This document shows, piece after piece, positions 11,427 to 16,213 of a stretch of 16,213 nucleotides of DNA. This stretch comes from Zygophlyctis sp. KS116 (taxonomy: Eukaryota > Fungi > Chytridiomycota). The stretch spans positions 1-16,213 of the forward strand of contig BAAFSQ010000226.1 of assembly GCA_054661495.1 (NCBI GenBank), read 5' to 3'. Under the pieces are notes generated by a model that was not told where the DNA came from, made no database searches, and saw only the letters and a program-made list of their open reading frames with translations. The number at the start of each line of letters is the position of its first letter. Within the stretch, counting starts at the first letter, position 1. The translations under genes were made by a program, and so were the position numbers.

Positions 11427-12771
11427 ATGAATCTTTTCAATTTCAAAAACCACTTAATAGTGTTGACTTTAACTATATTGATCGCAGGAATACATGCGCA
11501 TGCTCCAAAGACAACATCACCAACTACAATTGCTAATTGCACTTTGACATCTCCAAATTGCTGCTGGACTGTCCGAATATGGCAACAGATGGGACAAGCT
11601 ACTCCTATTTCAGCCAATAGTAGCAGTGCCTGCTGCTCAATGACTGGTGTGACTTGTGATTCTTCCAAAAACAAAGTTACTGGTATAAATTGGGATAACA
11701 AAAGACTAAAAGGAGCTCTTCCTTCAGACATTCGAAATTTGATAAACTTGAAAGAACTGTAATTTATTTTGAATTAATCTGTAGTGATCTTGGCAACAAT
11801 GAGCTATCTGGAGAAATTCCATCTGAAATTGGAAATTTGGAAAAACTGGAACTACTGTAATCTATTTATTATTAAAATTCTAGATTTCTTAGAGATAATA
11901 AATTTTCTGGGTATATTCCTTCATCAATCGGAGAGTTGAATAACTTGGTTTATCTGTAATTATTGTATTGATTAAATATCAAGTCGCTTAAGTCAAAATT
12001 CATTCTCAGGATTATTACCTCCAGCGCTTGCTAGCTTGACAAATTTAAAAGAATTGTATGTTAAATTAAATAATGATATACAGCTGGCTTGGAACAAATC
12101 AGGTTTCTGGACCAATTCCTGGGATCCCTGAAAAGTTTGCAGAGTCTGTAATTTATACTTACTAAATGTTAAGTTATCTCGGAAACAATCCAAATCTCTC
12201 TGGATATTTGCCTGTAAAATGTGGACTGGAAGTGTAATACGTTCTATTCATTTAAAAATATAGAGAAACTGAAAACACAAAAGTTCTATTGTGTGGCTGT
12301 GGAGCACAGAAATCTCCCGCTTCTATATTTCCATCTTTAGACACCCCAGATGAATGTCTAGCAACTAGCATCTCAGTTTCCCGTAATAAAAGAGCACTAG
12401 TTTTTTCACAGGCCGAGGAAAATATGGTTTTTACATGCAACACTGATTCTAACAACGGTAATCCAAGGCAGGATTGTACTAATTCCATAATCCACTACTG
12501 CAAAAAAGGCGCTGAAAGTTGCAAAAGAAGGGCAGACTTGATTTTCAAAGAACTGAGTATCTATTGGAGAACTTGGCGTATTTTCTGTGGCTTATGGTCC
12601 TGGCCATATAGTCGTAATACTGTTTCTGGGATTGCAAACTGTATCGGGGCGACAAATGCCTTAAAAGCTAATGCCAAGTATTTCGACCAAAATGGTGTTG
12701 AAATCTCAGTTCCTGAAGCATTGATCGAATCAGCTGACACCATTTTGTGGAAGAATCCAAGCATGAAATAA
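11427..12771 (+). pseudogene. Secreted LRR protein with Cys-rich C-terminal domain; exon 5 is frameshifted, so it is a pseudogene, an assembly error or splice-rescued. Exons 11427-11758, 11785-11856, 11884-11955, 11984-12055, 12084-12147, 12174-12233, 12264-12771
   Basis: Signal peptide, Cys cap (CCSMTGVTC) and plant-type 24-aa LRRs (LxxNxLSGxIPxxIGxLxxL), each on a 72-nt exon with phase-2 introns. Exon 5 is 64 nt and switches frame at ATTCCTGGGATCC. Confidence 0.75.
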
Positions 12772-12887
12772 TTGCGGTTCTTTGACTTAAATTTTAAACG
12801 TTCAAGTAAACATAAAACTGTTGTTTAATTGATTTGTGCTAGACATTATTTTATGAAAAGACCAAAATCATAAAGGATAAAACCAAT

Positions 12888-13553
12888 TTATTGAATGATT
12901 GTCAGTCCTTGCCATGGGGAATTTGCTACAATGATATTTACAATTTCTAGTTCAGGACCGGTAAGAAGGTTACCAGTTTGAATTACCAAACTTTCATCGA
13001 CCCGTACTGAATGAATATCTGCTGAATGTCCCTTATAAATTTGATCAATAGAATTGCAGACTTCATCCTTAGTAAATCCAGCATCCTCGAAAGGCTTGAA
13101 ATTTAAAGGTGATTTTAGAAATTGCTTCCACTTTTTGTATCTTGAAATATTCTGATCCACTATATTCGCACCAAACCCATCTTCATACTTTTCAATGATT
13201 GACCGGACAGTCAAGAGATGCTGATAATGCAATTTTTGAACAGTTTCACTTTCCTTTTCTTGGGAAACAAGTTGAAGAAGTACTTCCTTGGTCTCCAGTT
13301 TAATCAATGCAATTTCCTTTTCTCCCTGAATCAATGCAATCTCCTTTTCTATTAATTCAATATCCTTTTCTTTTTGAATCAATGCAATCTCCTTTTCTTT
13401 TTGAATCAATGCAATCTCCTTTTCTATTAATGAAATCTCCTTTTCTTTTTGATCATTCTGAAGGCTAACCAATAAAGATACCTTTTCTTCAAATGTTTTG
13501 TCAGATTTGATAATGATTCCAATCAATGTCTTATAAAAGGCTTCACTAGACAT
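12888..13553 (-). CDS. Hypothetical coiled-coil repeat protein with a helical C-terminal domain, about 221 aa from the first ATG
   Basis: Long intronless ORF with EKEIALIQK repeats, then LTVRSIIEKYE, RYKKW and IYKGHSADIH. The frame stays open to a TTTAG near 13638, so an upstream exon is possible. Confidence 0.7.
   Translation of the reverse strand: MSSEAFYKTLIGIIIKSDKTFEEKVSLLVSLQNDQKEKEISLIEKEIALIQKEKEIALIQKEKDIELIEKEIALIQGEKEIALIKLETKEVLLQLVSQEKESETVQKLHYQHLLTVRSIIEKYEDGFGANIVDQNISRYKKWKQFLKSPLNFKPFEDAGFTKDEVCNSIDQIYKGHSADIHSVRVDESLVIQTGNLLTGPELEIVNIIVANSPWQGLTIIQ
13296..13445 (-). repeat. Coding tandem repeat of 21- and 27-nt units in a (7-9-9 aa) x 2 arrangement
   Basis: EKEISLI EKEIALIQK EKEIALIQK EKDIELI EKEIALIQG EKEIALIKL; the DNA core tcaatgcaatctccttttct recurs. 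Confidence 0.9.
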
Positions 13554-13640
13554 TTTGACTCTCGCCAAAAGCTTCTCAGGAGGAGTAATGTCGATCTTAT
13601 GGTTTCGGACATGAAATAAGATATCCGTCAGATCTTCCTA

Positions 13641-13700
13641 AAGATTGCAAAAGTGACTATATCGCTTGTCTGAAGTCGATACAGTCACTTTTGCAATCTA
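13641..13700. repeat. 60-bp inverted repeat/hairpin flanked by TA, possible mini-MITE
   Basis: AGATTGCAAAAGTGACT (13642-13658) pairs perfectly with AGTCACTTTTGCAATCT (13683-13699), and pairing continues inward after one mismatch. TA at 13639-13640 and 13701-13702. Confidence 0.75.
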
Positions 13701-13966
13701 TATCAAATGAAAGAAACATGTCATTGACGTCTAAATTTTTTAGTTTCACGGCAATAATTTTCAATATTCGACTTAATATGGTATTCGTTGATGTTTTTCG
13801 TATAATATTGTCTGTTATAATGCTGAACTTAAACCGACAAAAATCATGCTAATCACCATTTGATCCCAAATAATCCTATCGGACCATGTTAAAATTTACA
13901 CTGAAACATACTCATAGCCAGTATTTTTAAAGCTAATATAGAAAAATGTATTTTATCCGATATCAT

Positions 13967-16199
13967 TTAACTGAAATCGCTTCTCGCTCTTTCCAAGAAT
14001 TCCCAAACACCTGAACCAATCATATTGAAAAAGTCTGGATGATTGTCTTTTGTGACTACAAGAACATCCTGTGTGAATAGAGGATTTAGAGTTTCTTCAG
14101 TATGAACAAAGAGCATCCGCTGCACTTTATATCCAGAACATTTTAGATTATCAATTTCTTCAAGCAGGTCAGTGCGCCGTTTTTTAAAGCCCTTCAAAAC
14201 CTCACCATTACTATTTCGTTTACAGTAAAAACTTGCAGGATTAGTAGTATCACATGCATTCACAGTTTGCTGTTTGGTAATACGTTTTAAAAACTTGACT
14301 TGTACAATGTATAACGTTTTTTTCTTTGCACACTTGTAAATGATATCAGGTCCGCACATGTGATCAGGGAAACAAACCTCAGTTGAATTTCCGTAGTGAG
14401 CGTACATATATGGATTATCGTCAAACCCCCTGATACTCTGGGCAGCATCCATATCCAAATTTGCAACCAAAGCAAAACCTACGAGATACTCCAACAAATA
14501 ACCCATTTGCGGGTTGGGATATTCAGCGATTATAAAGGCGAAAGCCTTGACAATATCACCAAAAAAAAAGTAGCGAAGGCACTGAACTATAGTTGGCTCT
14601 TCGATGATAATCTCTTTTAGAATTCCATCCTGCACTGAAGCATATCCCAAGCCATAATGTATTGCGTTTGCCCCTTCATCAGCTGTAACTAGAAGCTTAA
14701 GTTTTCCGTTCATCATTAATTCAAGTATTCCATCACGAACAATTCTACCTAGTGTATCACCGGCAATATACCTTTCAAACGAGCAGATTTTGTTGTCAGT
14801 ATCATTTTTCAGATATCTAAGTGGATAATATTGTCCCTCCACAGTGGAAATTATAATGACAAATTGACCAATTGTGGTATCAATATCTTTCGACTTCATA
14901 TATCCATCCAGAATGAATGTTAAAAATCTTGGTCTTCCATGACATAATTCAAAGGCCGTAATTCTAGAGACAACCTCATCAGTTTCGAGTATTTGATGAT
15001 CTTGCAGATACTGTCTTGAATAGCTGATTACCTGGAACTTTGAAAGCGGATGAAAATCAGAAATCATTTGGAAGTTTGTGATCTGATTTGACTTTATTAT
15101 ACTAGATTCCATTAACTCTTTCAAAAAGTCAAATTTCATACCTGTTCCGGACACAAGAAATTGGGGAAAAATACGCAACATCTTGGAGTAATAAACAATC
15201 GGTGAAAAAAAGGGGCGCAGGTTCGCACTTCCAGTCAATATGAATCTAGACATACTATCTACCAAGACCTGAATTTCATCAATGGCAACAAATGGAAAAG
15301 GGTTTATAGTTTCTGTTCCAGAAAAAGGCTGCCTGAGCAAATCAGTAAAGAGCTCTTCAAACAAATCCTTTCCAAAAAATGCGACTGGATGGAGTTGAGC
15401 TAAAAGAATTTGCGACGGTTCTTTGAATCCTTTGTCAATCAAGTAATTGCAAACACTAACACGTACAAAATACAGCAATCGGATGGCGTGTTCAACATTT
15501 TGAGGATTTTCATAACAGTAAGCTTAACAACGGCATAAATCACCAGAACCAAAATCTATTTGAGAACTTTTGGCAGTAAAATAGTATCCAAAGTTTGAGT
15601 ATAGCAATTCTAAAAGCGTTCTTGTCTTTCCTGCACCAGAAACAGCAAGAAGTAGTTTGATATCATCAGCATTATCAAGTTGATAAGTAGTGGTTCTTCT
15701 ATCTAGACGATACTCCAAACAATTGTCATTGAATGATGCACTATTGGGAAACTTCTTCACATTCACTTTTTTTTCCAAGATGTATATCAGATGATTGTGC
15801 GATATATCTAATATTAAATGTCAACTTTTACCTTTTCGGGAAGTCAAATTTGGAACAGCAACAATAAGCATTTCATTTGCACTTCCGAGACCATTGAGGG
15901 ATAAAGTGGGATCCAATTGATATTCCTTTGATAAGATTGTAATAAGTTACCTTTTCTACAGCAGCATCTCTCTGATCAAAGGATTGCTTGTTCTTAAATA
16001 CCAAAAGTTTGCCAGATGGAATATCCTTTAGATATCCTGGCTGGTCATATTTGACTTTGACAGCATCTCTGAACTGAGCAATAACAGCAGATGGAGGAAC
16101 TGAAACTTTATCAGCGGTTGTTCCCTTGTATGGAAGACCATTAGCAGAGTCATAGAGATGAAACCAAATCTTTGATTCTTCTGTACTTGACATTGTCAT
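13967..16199 (-). pseudogene. Crinkler (CRN/RHS)-type effector: N-terminal header + P-loop NTPase + PD-(D/E)xK nuclease, with one in-frame TAA at 15526-15524; exons 16199-15951, 15925-15832, 15807-13967
   Basis: Header IWFHLYDS.GLPYKGTTADKV...FRDAVK...LLVFKN ends in LIVAVP after a 25-nt intron. Then Walker A AVSGAGKT, Walker B FVAIDEIQ, SGTG, GRPRF and nuclease motif GPDII...IVQVK. ORFs 15524-15778 and 13967-15478 are in the same frame, separated by a single stop. Confidence 0.82.
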
Positions 16200-16213
16200 T
16201 TGACGTCTTTTGT

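Noticed and set aside
13977-13987. ATCGCTTCTCG, resembling the U2 snRNA 5' end
   Set aside because: An 11-nt match antisense to the CRN C-terminal codons; the rest of U2 is absent.
15524-15526. TAA reassigned to Gln (ciliate-type code), suggested by the in-frame stop and tiny introns
   Set aside because: TAA and TAG end intact genes at the expected positions (PEX5, NHX, NMO, TSC13), and no conserved exon contains them.

Overview
AT-rich, very compact eukaryotic DNA, most likely a chytrid-type early-diverging fungus. That assignment is inferred from a fungal gene set plus a Crinkler gene and cannot be proven here. Bases 1-1842 are nested transposon remnants: two different degenerate hAT transposases, one hAT terminus, and the 5' end of an LTR retrotransposon whose primer-binding site matches the tRNA-Ile anticodon arm. 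Bases 1941-11148 are a tightly packed housekeeping block: PEX5, KIN1/MARK kinase, NHX1-type Na+/H+ exchanger, an 11-mer-repeat perilipin/LEA-like protein, a nitronate monooxygenase ending in a PTS1, TSC13, and a POP8/RPP14-like gene whose CDS overlaps TSC13. Bases 11427-16199 are an accessory block: a secreted one-LRR-per-exon protein with a frameshifted exon, a coiled-coil repeat protein, a 60-bp hairpin and a Crinkler (NTD + NTPase + PD-(D/E)xK) pseudogene. The most striking property is the splicing: all 29 introns I reconstructed by hand are 24-32 nt (mean about 27), all start GTA, and 9 end in AAG or GAG. Gene models are manual and have no transcript support.
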